Assembly (NCBI GenBank): GCA_963718525.1
Contig: OY970355.1
Span: 2,208,001-2,272,000 of the forward strand
Length of the DNA stretch: 64,000 nt
Source of the DNA: Candidatus Dormiibacterota bacterium
Lineage (GTDB): Bacteria > Chloroflexota > Dormibacteria > Aeolococcales > Aeolococcaceae
Reading direction: 5' to 3'
Shown: positions 1-9,853 of the stretch, piece by piece
Layout: every line of letters begins with the position of its first letter
How positions within the stretch are numbered: position 1 is the first letter of the stretch
Program-made: the position numbers and the translations under genes
The notes under the pieces: model-generated
Told to the model about the DNA's origin: nothing
Seen by the model: the letters and a program-made list of their open reading frames with translations, nothing else
Database searches by the model: none

Positions 1-46
1 ACGGTGCGGCGGCCCGCGCAAGATCGACGGCCCTGAGAAACTCCCC

Positions 47-847
47 TCACCTCATGGTGTTGTTGCGTTGTGCCCTCCGGATAACTCCGTCCAACTGGGC
101 GGTGATAGCTCGGTAGCACTCACACGTGGCTGCCTCGAGCCCGACGCGATCAACGATGGTGACTCGACCGCGGGAGTACCCGATGAGGCCCGCGGCTCGA
201 AGGCGCTCTGCGGACAGGGTGACCGTGGCTCGACGCGAGCCGAGTATCTGGCCGAGGAGCTCGTGGGTGATGGCGAACTCGTCAGTGCCGACGCGGTCGT
301 GGCTCATCAGCAGCCAGCGGCTCAGGCGCTCTTCGTTCGAGTGGAGTCGATTGCACGCCGCCGCCTGGGCGATCTCGCCGAAGAAAGCCAGAACATAATC
401 GTTGACGAGTTCCTGCAGACGGGGGTCGGCTTCGACCTCGTTGAGGAAGGTCGATGCGTCCATGCGGTCAATCCATCCTCCCACCGAGGAGATGGCCCGA
501 AATGCGAGTGAGCCCCCCGGGCGGATGGGCAGGCCGACGATGCCTTCGTTGCCAATCGAGGCCACCTCCACGCTCGTGCCTTCTTGGAACGGCGTGACCA
601 AGGAAACCACGCAATTGCGGGGGAAGTCGACGAAGGCAATTGGCTCACCCGGCTCGAACAGTATCGTGCCGGAATCCAGGCACACCGGACTCAGCGATCG
701 TCGGAGCCGCCGACTGCCGTCCATTGGAAGCGCATCAAGAAGCCGGTTTGCCCCGGCGTTGACGCTCATGCCGCGGTCCACTTGGGTTGCCTCTTGCGTG
801 TTGCACACGCGCTGGTAGGGCGGCGGCTCTCTCAATTGGATCGTCAC
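47..847 (-). CDS. Crp/Fnr family transcriptional regulator
   Basis: cNMP-binding-like N-half (SIGNEGIVG) and C-terminal HTH_Crp (THELLGQILGSRRATVT); exact start uncertain. Confidence 0.85.
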   Translation of the reverse strand: MTIQLREPPPYQRVCNTQEATQVDRGMSVNAGANRLLDALPMDGSRRLRRSLSPVCLDSGTILFEPGEPIAFVDFPRNCVVSLVTPFQEGTSVEVASIGNEGIVGLPIRPGGSLAFRAISSVGGWIDRMDASTFLNEVEADPRLQELVNDYVLAFFGEIAQAAACNRLHSNEERLSRWLLMSHDRVGTDEFAITHELLGQILGSRRATVTLSAERLRAAGLIGYSRGRVTIVDRVGLEAATCECYRAITAQLDGVIRRAQRNNTMR

Positions 848-1087
848 CCGTCGGCCGCGGCGGCCTAGCCTTCAAACTGATCCTACGCGGCGCATTGCCC
901 TCTCGGGTTCATCATGGGGCACGTGGTCAGCCTGAGCGGACCATGAAAGCGCACGGTCGGTCACCTAGCGTGCAATTCACACACCAAATCCGATCGCAGG
1001 TGCTCGCGACCCTCGCAGCAAGGGACTGTCGCCGACTTCCCGCTGTCTCTCAGCGGCAACGCAGAACAGGCATGGAGGCCTCGGAGA

Positions 1088-2188
<1,101 letters not shown>

Positions 2189-2239
2189 CTGACAACGCGC
2201 TGCGCAGTGTTGCGGGGAAGCAGTAGGATCCTCGCTTCG

Positions 2240-2539
2240 CTACGGGGAAATCAGCGTCTTTGGTTTCAGCAGCGCATCGTCTGTCCCCAGCGCCGCGCGT
2301 TCATCCGTGATGCGCTGTCGCGTGTCCTCCTCGTCGATGGGGCGTGCCGCAGCCTTGCGGGGGCGACCGGGAGGACGGCGTCCGCGCACGAAACTTTCGA
2401 GGTCCTCTGGGTAAACGCCCCAGACCGGTCCCACCTTGATGCCAAAGAGTCGCTGGCTGGCAAGCAACCTGCGCACGTACGCTGGCGATGCGTGGAGTTG
2501 GGCTGCGGCCTGGACAACAGAAAGGGGATGGGATCCTAT
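2240..2539 (-). CDS. Excisionase-like HTH (HTH_17-type) DNA-binding protein with AT-hook-like motif
   Basis: Extending ORF 2240..2476 upstream in frame gives LSVVQAAAQLHASPAYVRRLLASQRLFGIKVGPVWGV then RRPPGRPRK; no canonical start upstream of the HTH (ATA at 2539). Confidence 0.55.
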   Translation of the reverse strand: MGSHPLSVVQAAAQLHASPAYVRRLLASQRLFGIKVGPVWGVYPEDLESFVRGRRPPGRPRKAAARPIDEEDTRQRITDERAALGTDDALLKPKTLISP

Positions 2540-2729
2540 GATGGCCTCATGATACTAGCACGGCGGCGCAACAATTTATCGTGCGACCTGCTATGTTGGG
2601 ATGGTCCCAGGACCGAGGCGAGAGCCGTCAAGGCGCCGGTCGGGGCGACCTTTCTCAGGGGTTGTCAGCCAGTTCCTCCACGTTTCTTCTTGGCCCTCCA
2701 AACGCGCACTCCGTTGGAGGAGCACCCAC

Positions 2730-4226
2730 ATGGCTGTTGCGACCCGCCCCACCGAGAAAACTCGGTTTTTCAATGCCTCGCCCCGCGACCTGCTCATCAA
2801 TGGCAAATTCGAGCAGGCCGAGAGCGGTAGGACCTTCGACACGCTCAACCCGGCCACCGACACAGTGCTCGCGAGCATCGCCGAGGGCGACGCACACGAC
2901 ATCGATCGCGCGGTGCGAGCGGCTCGCCGGGCATTCGAGAACGGCCCCTGGAGCCGCATGACCCCATCCGAACGCGGTCAGATCATGCACCGGATCGGCG
3001 ACCTGATCATGGAACACGCAGACGAACTCGCAGAGCTTGATTGCCTGGACAACGGCAAAGCCCTCAGCGTGGCCCGCGCGGCTGATGTTCCGCTCGCCGC
3101 CGACCTGTTCTGGTACATGGCAGGCTGGGCCACAAAGCTCAACGGTGGCACCATCAACCCGTCGGTGCCCTACCTCCCCGGCGCCGAATTTCACGCGTAC
3201 ACGCTGCGCGAGCCGGTCGGTGTGGTCGGCCAGATCATCCCCTGGAACTTTCCGCTGCTGATGGCCGCCTGGAAGCTGGGTCCGGCATTGGCCACGGGTT
3301 GCACGGTGGTCCTCAAGCCTGCCGAACAGACGCCGCTCTCGGCTCTGCGGTTGGGTGAACTGATGCTCGAGGCCGGTCTCCCCGACGGAGTGGTCAACGT
3401 CGTCACCGGATTTGGTGAGACAGCTGGCGCCGCACTCGCCGCGCATCCGGGCGTCGATAAGATCGCCTTCACCGGCTCCACCGACGTCGGCAAACTCATC
3501 GCAACGGCTGCAACCGGCAATCTGAAGAAGGTCTCGCTGGAACTCGGCGGCAAGTCGCCGAACATCGTCTTTTCCGACGCCGACATCGACGCGGCCATCG
3601 CCGGCGCGGCACAGGGGATCTTCTTCAACCAGGGCGAGGTGTGCTGCGCCGGGAGCCGTCTGTTCGTGCAGCAGGACCGCTTCGATGAAGTGGTCGAGGG
3701 TGTCGCCAAGGCGGCCAGGAAGATCAACGTCGGACCCGGCATGGATCCAGACACGCAGATGGGCCCGCTCGTCTCTCGCGAGCAGTTCGACCGGGTGACC
3801 GGATACCTCGCCAAGGGTGAGCAGGCGGGCAACCGCGCGCTGGCCGGCGGCCACGCACTCGACCGGCCGGGCTACTTCGTGGAGCCGACCGTGTTGGTGG
3901 ACGTCGAACCCAACGACGTCGTGCTGCGCGAAGAGATCTTTGGACCGGTGATCGTCGCGTTGCCGTTCAGTGACGTCAACGACCTTGCCAGTCAAGCAAA
4001 CGACACCGTCTACGGACTGGCCGCAGGCGTGTGGACTCAGGACATCTCAAAGGCTCATAAGCTGGCCAAGCGCATCAAGGCGGGCACGGTATGGGTCAAT
4101 ACCTACAACGTGTTCAGCGCGGAGCTGCCCTTTGGCGGCTTCAAGCAAAGCGGCTGGGGCCGCGAGATGGGCGAGGAAGTCCTCTCCAGCTACCTCGAGA
4201 CCAAGTCGGTGATCGTCCAACTCTAG
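2730..4226 (+). CDS. NAD-dependent aldehyde dehydrogenase (phenylacetaldehyde dehydrogenase-like)
   Basis: IIPWNFPL, FTGST, LELGGKSP, FNQGEVCCAG, EEIFGPV; GGAGGA RBS before ATG 2730. Confidence 0.93.
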   Translation: MAVATRPTEKTRFFNASPRDLLINGKFEQAESGRTFDTLNPATDTVLASIAEGDAHDIDRAVRAARRAFENGPWSRMTPSERGQIMHRIGDLIMEHADELAELDCLDNGKALSVARAADVPLAADLFWYMAGWATKLNGGTINPSVPYLPGAEFHAYTLREPVGVVGQIIPWNFPLLMAAWKLGPALATGCTVVLKPAEQTPLSALRLGELMLEAGLPDGVVNVVTGFGETAGAALAAHPGVDKIAFTGSTDVGKLIATAATGNLKKVSLELGGKSPNIVFSDADIDAAIAGAAQGIFFNQGEVCCAGSRLFVQQDRFDEVVEGVAKAARKINVGPGMDPDTQMGPLVSREQFDRVTGYLAKGEQAGNRALAGGHALDRPGYFVEPTVLVDVEPNDVVLREEIFGPVIVALPFSDVNDLASQANDTVYGLAAGVWTQDISKAHKLAKRIKAGTVWVNTYNVFSAELPFGGFKQSGWGREMGEEVLSSYLETKSVIVQL

Positions 4227-4243
4227 TCTGGTTTCTCTGCGGG

Positions 4244-4274
4244 AGTCGCCGCCGTCGACCCGGCGGCGGCGACT
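4244..4274 (+). terminator. GC-rich hairpin after ALDH, probable terminator
   Basis: AGTCGCCGCCG...CGGCGGCGACT inverted repeat 18 bp after the stop; no clear U-tract. Confidence 0.5.
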
Positions 4275-4738
4275 TACTCGCAAATCAGCCTTTCGACGCC
4301 AGGAAGTGCACCGGCTCAGCAAGGAATAGCCGGCAAGTCGACCAAGGACAAGAAGGATCAAGAAGATGCGCAAACAGACGCAGTTCGCGCGGCAACGATT
4401 CCTGCAGCAGCAGGCAGCTCAGTTTCTCAACGAGTCGGAGTTGCCCTTCACGGTACCGCTGTGCCTCCCGATCGTTGACTCGGACCCGTTTGTCGCGCGG
4501 ACGGCCGCCTGTGATCCCGTAACAACCCCTCCCAAAGTTTGATCGTCCTACAGCAGCAAACGGGTGGGTCCGCGCTGTGCGTGGTATCGGGGTTCGAGGA
4601 GGAGCACCGCGGCGCACGCGAGCGTCCTATCGCATGACAGCGCGCGTCAGCAGCAGACGCCGCCCATGGTCGCCAGGATCCCCATATCCGAGACAGCAGC
4701 GGGGAGAGCAGCACAGCGTTACGACGCTTCGGCCTGCA

Positions 4739-5018
4739 TGTCCACGCGATTTCAAAGGAATCCATCACGCCTGCTCTAGTCGTCATTCCAACCGTTTCCC
4801 GACGAAAGCACTCTAAATCGAACTCAGCACGCGGCGGAAATAAGTGCTGGTCTGGGGGACCAGGGGTCGCAGGTTCGAGTCCTGTCTCCCCGATTCGCAG
4901 CACATTGCAGAGCAGGGCAGCCGTTTCCAACGGATTCCAATGGATTCCAGCTTGCAGGATTCATTCAGCGGGGACTAGTGCTCACTCTCTGATTGATGTT
5001 CTTTCCTGCAAAACCACT
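4739..5018 (+). repeat. att-like junction J1: left arm + tRNA-Pro 3' core + type A right arm
   Basis: CTAGTCGTCATTCCAACC...GAACTCA...GGAAATAAG, core 4847-4893, right arm TTCGCAGC...TTCCTGCAAAACCACT. Confidence 0.9.
4847..4893 (+). tRNA. tRNA-Pro(GGG) 3' fragment (att core, not a full gene)
   Basis: Anticodon arm CTGGT-CTGGGGG-ACCAG, T arm GCAGG-TTCGAGT-CCTGT, acceptor 3' strand CTCCCCGA; no D arm or 5' acceptor strand. Confidence 0.88.
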
Positions 5019-5502
5019 GTGTTCGGCCCCTTAGATACGGTCCAAAGGAAATGTCGTAACCGCTGACAATGTCAAAAGCGATGGAGGTGATTGATGCCGG
5101 GCAGCACCATTACACCGCCGGCGCCGCCGCCGTCGCCGTTCAGCTCCCGGGCTATCCACTAACCGAAGACATCGGCACCGCCACCGGGCCGACCACTGGT
5201 CACGCCGTCGGGGGAGTCGGCAACCCCCACCTCGTCTGGCTGCTCGCCGGCCCACTCTGTCTCCTGGCCGGCCTGGGCAGCGCTCGGGCAAGCAGGCCTC
5301 CCAAATCTAGCCGCGGGTGCCGAGGACTTCCGTGACACCAAGCTGCTGGACGAACAGCAGGCTGTCGGCGTTGGCCCAGTACTCGGCCAGCATCCCGTCG
5401 ACCACGCGGAGCGTGTCGGTGCCGGTGAAGCCCAATTATCGGGATGCGGACCTCTTCACCAGAAACCACTAGTCCAGCTGCGCAAGTCCGTCATGGCGCG
5501 GT

Positions 5503-6390
5503 TCAGGCGGCGTCAACCGTGTTGAAAAAGTCGAGAAGAGCCTTGGCCAACTGCTCGGGCGCCTCCAGTGCTGCGTAGTGGCCGACGCCTTCGAGGCTGA
5601 TTGATCGAACCGGGTCGGCGGCGACCTGCATCATAGTCGCGAAGGTGAACTCGCCACCTCCGGCCCCGATCGCCAGTACGGGCATGCTCAGCTTGCCGGC
5701 GGCGACAACGGACACGATGTCTTCACCTTCTTGGAGCATGGACTGATAGAGGCCGATCGCGCCGCGCCAGCCCCCGGGACGGGAGTAGGTGCGGACAAAC
5801 TCGTCGATGTCGGCTTTGGTGATCGCATCGGGAGTGGCGCTCATGGCCGGGAACGCGAACTGCCCGAGGAACTCGCGCTCGCGTCCGATAAGCAGCATCT
5901 CGGGGATGTTCGGAGCCGCGAGGACGCCGATGTGCCAGCTTCCCCCGTGGGTAATGTCAGCCAGCATCTCGAGGCCGAAGCCCGGCAGCCCCATCTCGAT
6001 CGCGCTGAAACTGAGCACGTCGTCGGGGTGAGTGGCGGCGAGGCGAAGGACGGTCGCCCCACTGATGTCCTGGCCTGTGAGGTGAAGGGGACCAAGGTTG
6101 AGCGATTCGATGAGCAGATGCAGGTCTTCGGTGGAGGCCTTGCTGTCGTAGGTACCTGCCCTATGGTCGGAATCACCGAAGCCGCGGAGATCCACCGCGA
6201 ATACCCGGTGGCTGCTAGCGAGCAGGGGGATGAGCTTGCGGAAGGTCCACCACGTTTCGGGGAAACCATGCACCAGCAGGACCGGAGACCCCTCGCTTCC
6301 CGCTGCCGCGTAGTGCAGCATGGTTCCGTTGACTTTGGCGTAGTGGTGCGTGACCCCAGGCAGGGAAGCGTGCTGTGCTTGAGCGGTCAT
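5503..6390 (-). CDS. Alpha/beta hydrolase (epoxide hydrolase-like)
   Basis: LVHGFPE, DLRGFGDS, nucleophile GQDISG, C-terminal GHY. Confidence 0.88.
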   Translation of the reverse strand: MTAQAQHASLPGVTHHYAKVNGTMLHYAAAGSEGSPVLLVHGFPETWWTFRKLIPLLASSHRVFAVDLRGFGDSDHRAGTYDSKASTEDLHLLIESLNLGPLHLTGQDISGATVLRLAATHPDDVLSFSAIEMGLPGFGLEMLADITHGGSWHIGVLAAPNIPEMLLIGREREFLGQFAFPAMSATPDAITKADIDEFVRTYSRPGGWRGAIGLYQSMLQEGEDIVSVVAAGKLSMPVLAIGAGGGEFTFATMMQVAADPVRSISLEGVGHYAALEAPEQLAKALLDFFNTVDAA

Positions 6391-6420
6391 CTCAGACTCC
6401 TTGTGACAGCCGACCTAATG

Positions 6421-6457
6421 GTCAACCTGGTTGTCCATACTAGACAACCAGGTTGAC
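6421..6457. promoter_or_regulatory. Probable MarR operator
   Basis: Perfect 15-bp inverted repeat GTCAACCTGGTTGTC-N7-GACAACCAGGTTGAC between the divergent hydrolase and MarR genes. Confidence 0.75.
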
Positions 6458-6489
6458 GTTGTCAAGGCGCGTGCGGTAGTCTCCGCTGC

Positions 6490-6990
6490 ATGTCACGCTC
6501 GGGCGCCGATCTCGCACTGCTCCTGCTTGGAGGCTTCCGCGTCCTGGTGGGCGACGCGATGGTGGAGCTTGCCCACCGCGGCTATGAAGACGTCCGGCCC
6601 ACCCACGATTTCGCGATGCGGGCAATCGCCGCGGGTGCCGACAACGCATCGGAACTGGCCCGCCGTCTATCGGTCTCCAAGCAAGCAGCGGCAAAAACCG
6701 TCGCGGTGCTCCGAGAGCGCGGGTACGTGGCACGAGAGGCCGATCCGCTCGACGCACGCCGAAAACGTCTGCACGTCACGGCCCTCGGTTTCGAGGTTCT
6801 GCGAGAAGGCGAAGCCATCTTCGACGAGCTCCGCGACAAATGGAAGCTGCAGATCGGCTCCGACGAGCTCGAGCGTCTTGAATTCCGACTCGCTGCGCTG
6901 GTGGGTGCTTCGCGGATACGTGTCGAGACGCCAGGCTGGATTCCCGATGACCTCGACCAGCCGACATCCGCGTCGCCGCCAAGGATCTGA
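6490..6990 (+). CDS. MarR family regulator
   Basis: wHTH ASELARRLSVSKQAAAKTV, RGYV, DPLDARRKRLHVT. Confidence 0.88.
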   Translation: MSRSGADLALLLLGGFRVLVGDAMVELAHRGYEDVRPTHDFAMRAIAAGADNASELARRLSVSKQAAAKTVAVLRERGYVAREADPLDARRKRLHVTALGFEVLREGEAIFDELRDKWKLQIGSDELERLEFRLAALVGASRIRVETPGWIPDDLDQPTSASPPRI

Positions 6991-7161
6991 AGATGCCGAG
7001 TTTCAGGCGGAGTACGCGGACGCTCCGCATCCCTTCGGAGGTTGAACGGCCGGGGCTGATCGCGCAAGCCACGGCTGGCTCGCCGGGATGGAGCGGGGCG
7101 AGGATGGCATCTCGGCGGCGATGCTGCGGCTGGTCCCTCGAGTGGTATCCATGGACGCTGC

Positions 7162-8043
7162 TCAGACGAAGTAGTGGCCCCGTTCGATGTCCTCGATGAG
7201 GCCGGGGTGGGTGGGCTTCCAGCCCATGAGTTCCTGCGTGATGGTGCTCGAGGCGGGCATGTCGGCGCTGAGCAGGCGCACCAGCAAACCCCCGTACTCC
7301 GCTGCCGGCAGAGACCGGGCCGGCAGGTTCAAGTGCCGGCCGATTACCTCGGCAATCTCGCGGACGGGCACGCCTTCGTCACCGACGGCGTTGAGCACTG
7401 AGCCGGCAGGCGCCCTCTCGACAGCCAGCCGATACAGGTTGGCAGCGTCCTTCACGTGGACGGCGGGCCAACGGTTGCTCCCATCGCCGATGTAGCCGGA
7501 GACGCCCTTCGTCCGGGCCATGGCGATGAGCTGGGGGATGAATCCGTGACGCTCCCCCTCACCGTGCACCGAGCGGGGCAGCATGACGAGGCAGGAGCGA
7601 ACGCCTTTGCCTGCGGCAGCGAGGGCGGCCTGCATGTTGGTGACGCGGGCGGCGATTGGCCCGGCGGCGATGAGTTCGTCGCGTTCCGTTGCGGCTCGGC
7701 CGGGTGTCGCCAGCGTTGCGCCAGAGATCACCAGCGGCTTGCCGGAGCCGGCGAGGCCGCCGATAAACGTCTCGATGGCCGCAGCGTCGGCCCGCGTCGC
7801 AGCCTCGCTCACGCTAGGCACGACGAAGGCGAGGTGGATGACGCCGTCGCTCTCGAGGGTGCCGGCGCGAAGCACCTCGGTGTCGCTCAGGTCGCCGCGT
7901 AGCACCTCTGCACCCAACTCGGCGACGGCGGTGCCGGAGGCGTCCGAGCGCGCGAGTCCGAGGACTTGGTGGCCGGCACTGATGAGTTCGGGGACGACGG
8001 CTGAGCCGATCCAGCCGGAGGCCCCGGTGACGAAGATTCGCAT
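7162..8043 (-). CDS. Atypical SDR / NAD-dependent epimerase family oxidoreductase
   Basis: N-terminal Rossmann MRIFVTGASGWIG; RWPAVHVKDAA. Confidence 0.88.
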   Translation of the reverse strand: MRIFVTGASGWIGSAVVPELISAGHQVLGLARSDASGTAVAELGAEVLRGDLSDTEVLRAGTLESDGVIHLAFVVPSVSEAATRADAAAIETFIGGLAGSGKPLVISGATLATPGRAATERDELIAAGPIAARVTNMQAALAAAGKGVRSCLVMLPRSVHGEGERHGFIPQLIAMARTKGVSGYIGDGSNRWPAVHVKDAANLYRLAVERAPAGSVLNAVGDEGVPVREIAEVIGRHLNLPARSLPAAEYGGLLVRLLSADMPASSTITQELMGWKPTHPGLIEDIERGHYFV

Positions 8044-8105
8044 GAATACTCTCCTCGGTCGTACTTGGGCGGTGAGGATGCTCAGCGCAGACGCCGCGGC
8101 CACGA

Positions 8106-8159
8106 CTGATGCGATCCGGTCGCATCAGGCTACCACACTGATGCGACAACGTCGCGTCA
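8106..8159. promoter_or_regulatory. Two tandem TetR-type operators
   Basis: CTGATGCGA-N5-TCGCATCAG (8106-8128) and TGATGCGAC-N3-GTCGCGTCA (8139-8159) between divergent SDR and TetR. Confidence 0.7.
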
Positions 8160-8173
8160 CCTATGCTGTGCTG

Positions 8174-8788
8174 GTGAGTAGATGGGCGCCGGACGCGCGT
8201 GAGCATCTGGAGGCCGCCGCCCTGGACCTGTTCGTGGAGAACGGGTACGAGGAAACGACCGTCGCGCAGATCGCGGATCGCGCCGGCTTGAACCGCGCCA
8301 CGTTTTTCCGGCACTTCGCCGACAAGCGGGAGGTCCTGTTCGGCGGTGAAGACGTCCTGGCCGAGCTGTTCGCCGAGGGCATCAGGGCTGCCGCGACGGA
8401 TGCCACGCTCATCGAGTGCCTCCAGGCGGCGTTAGCGGCCGCCAGCGTCGCGATGACCCCGCAACAGCGCGCTCGGGCCGCCCAGCGCGTGCTGGTCGTT
8501 GCGGCGAACAGCGAGGTGCAGGAGCGGGGACTGCTCAAGCACGCCCGAATCGCCAAATCGATCAGCACCGCGCTGCGCGACCGGGGCGCAGACGAGCTGA
8601 CAGCCAGCCTGGCGGCGGAAGTGGGGATGCTCGCGTTCTCAATCGCGGTTGAGCGCTGGATGAAGGCGGACCATGACGTACCGTTCGCGGTTCACACGGC
8701 AGCGGCGTTGAGCGACCTACGGGTGCGTGCGGCTGAGATTGGCTCCCCGTCTCGCCGCGCGGCCCTACGCGGGCGTAGCCAAACATAG
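8174..8788 (+). CDS. TetR family regulator
   Basis: AALDLFVENGYEETTVAQIADRAGLNRATFFRHFADK; GTG start at 8174 inferred. Confidence 0.9.
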   Translation: MSRWAPDAREHLEAAALDLFVENGYEETTVAQIADRAGLNRATFFRHFADKREVLFGGEDVLAELFAEGIRAAATDATLIECLQAALAAASVAMTPQQRARAAQRVLVVAANSEVQERGLLKHARIAKSISTALRDRGADELTASLAAEVGMLAFSIAVERWMKADHDVPFAVHTAAALSDLRVRAAEIGSPSRRAALRGRSQT

Positions 8789-9015
8789 GAGACCAACTCA
8801 CTCTTGCTTCCGGTCAAGAGGGACCAGTTCGCTAACCGGAACAGGGGCAGCGGAACCCCGGGCGCCCAATTACTTCAGGCGTCTCCCGACGGGCTGTCTT
8901 AACGCCAGCCGTCCTTCACGGGCAATGTGCCCCTCACTGGAGACCGGCCTCGTTTTTGAAAACCGGCCACCGGAGCGAGACCTGAACGAGACTGGGGTGT
9001 CCTGACTTTGGTGGA

Positions 9016-9789
9016 GTGGGGCGCGTAACCCGTTCTGCCGCTCTGTCGGGTAAGACTTCGTGTTATCGTCCTGTTCATGCGCACGACCGGGACAGTGACA
9101 GCGTGGCACGACTGGCTGAGCGCGCAGCGCGACTTCGGGGTAGGGCGGAGGATGCGGTGACGACGTTACGCCGCGCTTCTCTGCTGCATGACCTTGGGCG
9201 GGCTGCCGTGCCCACCGGGATATGGGAGCGTCCCGGCCGCCTGAGCAGCGCCGAGTGGGAACGCGTACGGCTGCACGCCTACCAGACCGAGCGGATCCTT
9301 GCGCGGTCATCGGCGCTGACGGAAGCCGGGCGCATCGCCGGCATGCATCACGAGCGGATCGACGGCAGCGGGTACCATCGTGGCTCGCGCGCCGCGGAGC
9401 AGGACATCGACTGCCGGCTGCTGGCCGCGGCCGATGCTTACAGCGCGCTCACGGAGTCGCGTCCATACCGGCCCGCATTCAGCCCTGACGCCGCTGCTCA
9501 CACACTGCGCGAGATGGCGCTCGACCCCGAAAACGTCGAGTGCGTGCTGGAGGCGGCAGGCCAGACGCGACGGCGGATACGGTCACGACCCGCCGGGCTG
9601 ACCGAGCGTGAGGTCGCCGTGCTCCGACTCATCGTGCGTGGAATGTCGATGGGCGAGGTTGCCACGGCGCTGCACATCTCGACATCGACCGTGCACACAC
9701 ACCTGGCGCATGTGTACGAGAAGGCGGGAATCTCCACGCGAGCAGCGGCGGCGTTGTTCGCGATGGAAAACGACCTGCTCGATCCCTAG
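9016..9789 (+). pseudogene. HD-GYP-like domain + LuxR HTH regulator, apparently N-terminally truncated
   Basis: LLHDLGR, HHERIDGSGYH, C-terminal LTEREVAVLRL...STVHTHLAHVYEKAG; shorter than expected for this family and the N-terminus looks non-coding. Confidence 0.6.
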
Positions 9790-9853
9790 CAGTTTTCAGA
9801 AATCGACAGAACTGTCGATGGACGAAGGGGCCGGCCGCCGATACGGTCCGGCC

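Noticed and set aside
2655-3995. Long antisense or alternate-frame ORFs (also 45672..47015, 53007..54500, 61258..62667)
   Set aside because: Shadow ORFs of well-supported genes, typical of high-GC DNA.
4800-4893. Complete functional tRNA-Pro genes at the five repeats
   Set aside because: No 5' acceptor strand (CGGGGAG) or D arm precedes any core; tRNA similarity begins at the anticodon stem.
4448-4930. ORFs crossing the junctions (also 33246..33605, 31549..31818, 11459..12010)
   Set aside because: The shared peptide IGETGLEPATPGPPD and similar strings are translations of the tRNA fragment, not proteins.
8790-9080. Possible IS end or ncRNA upstream of the truncated HD-LuxR gene
   Set aside because: No matching inverted repeat, target duplication or recognisable fold found by eye.
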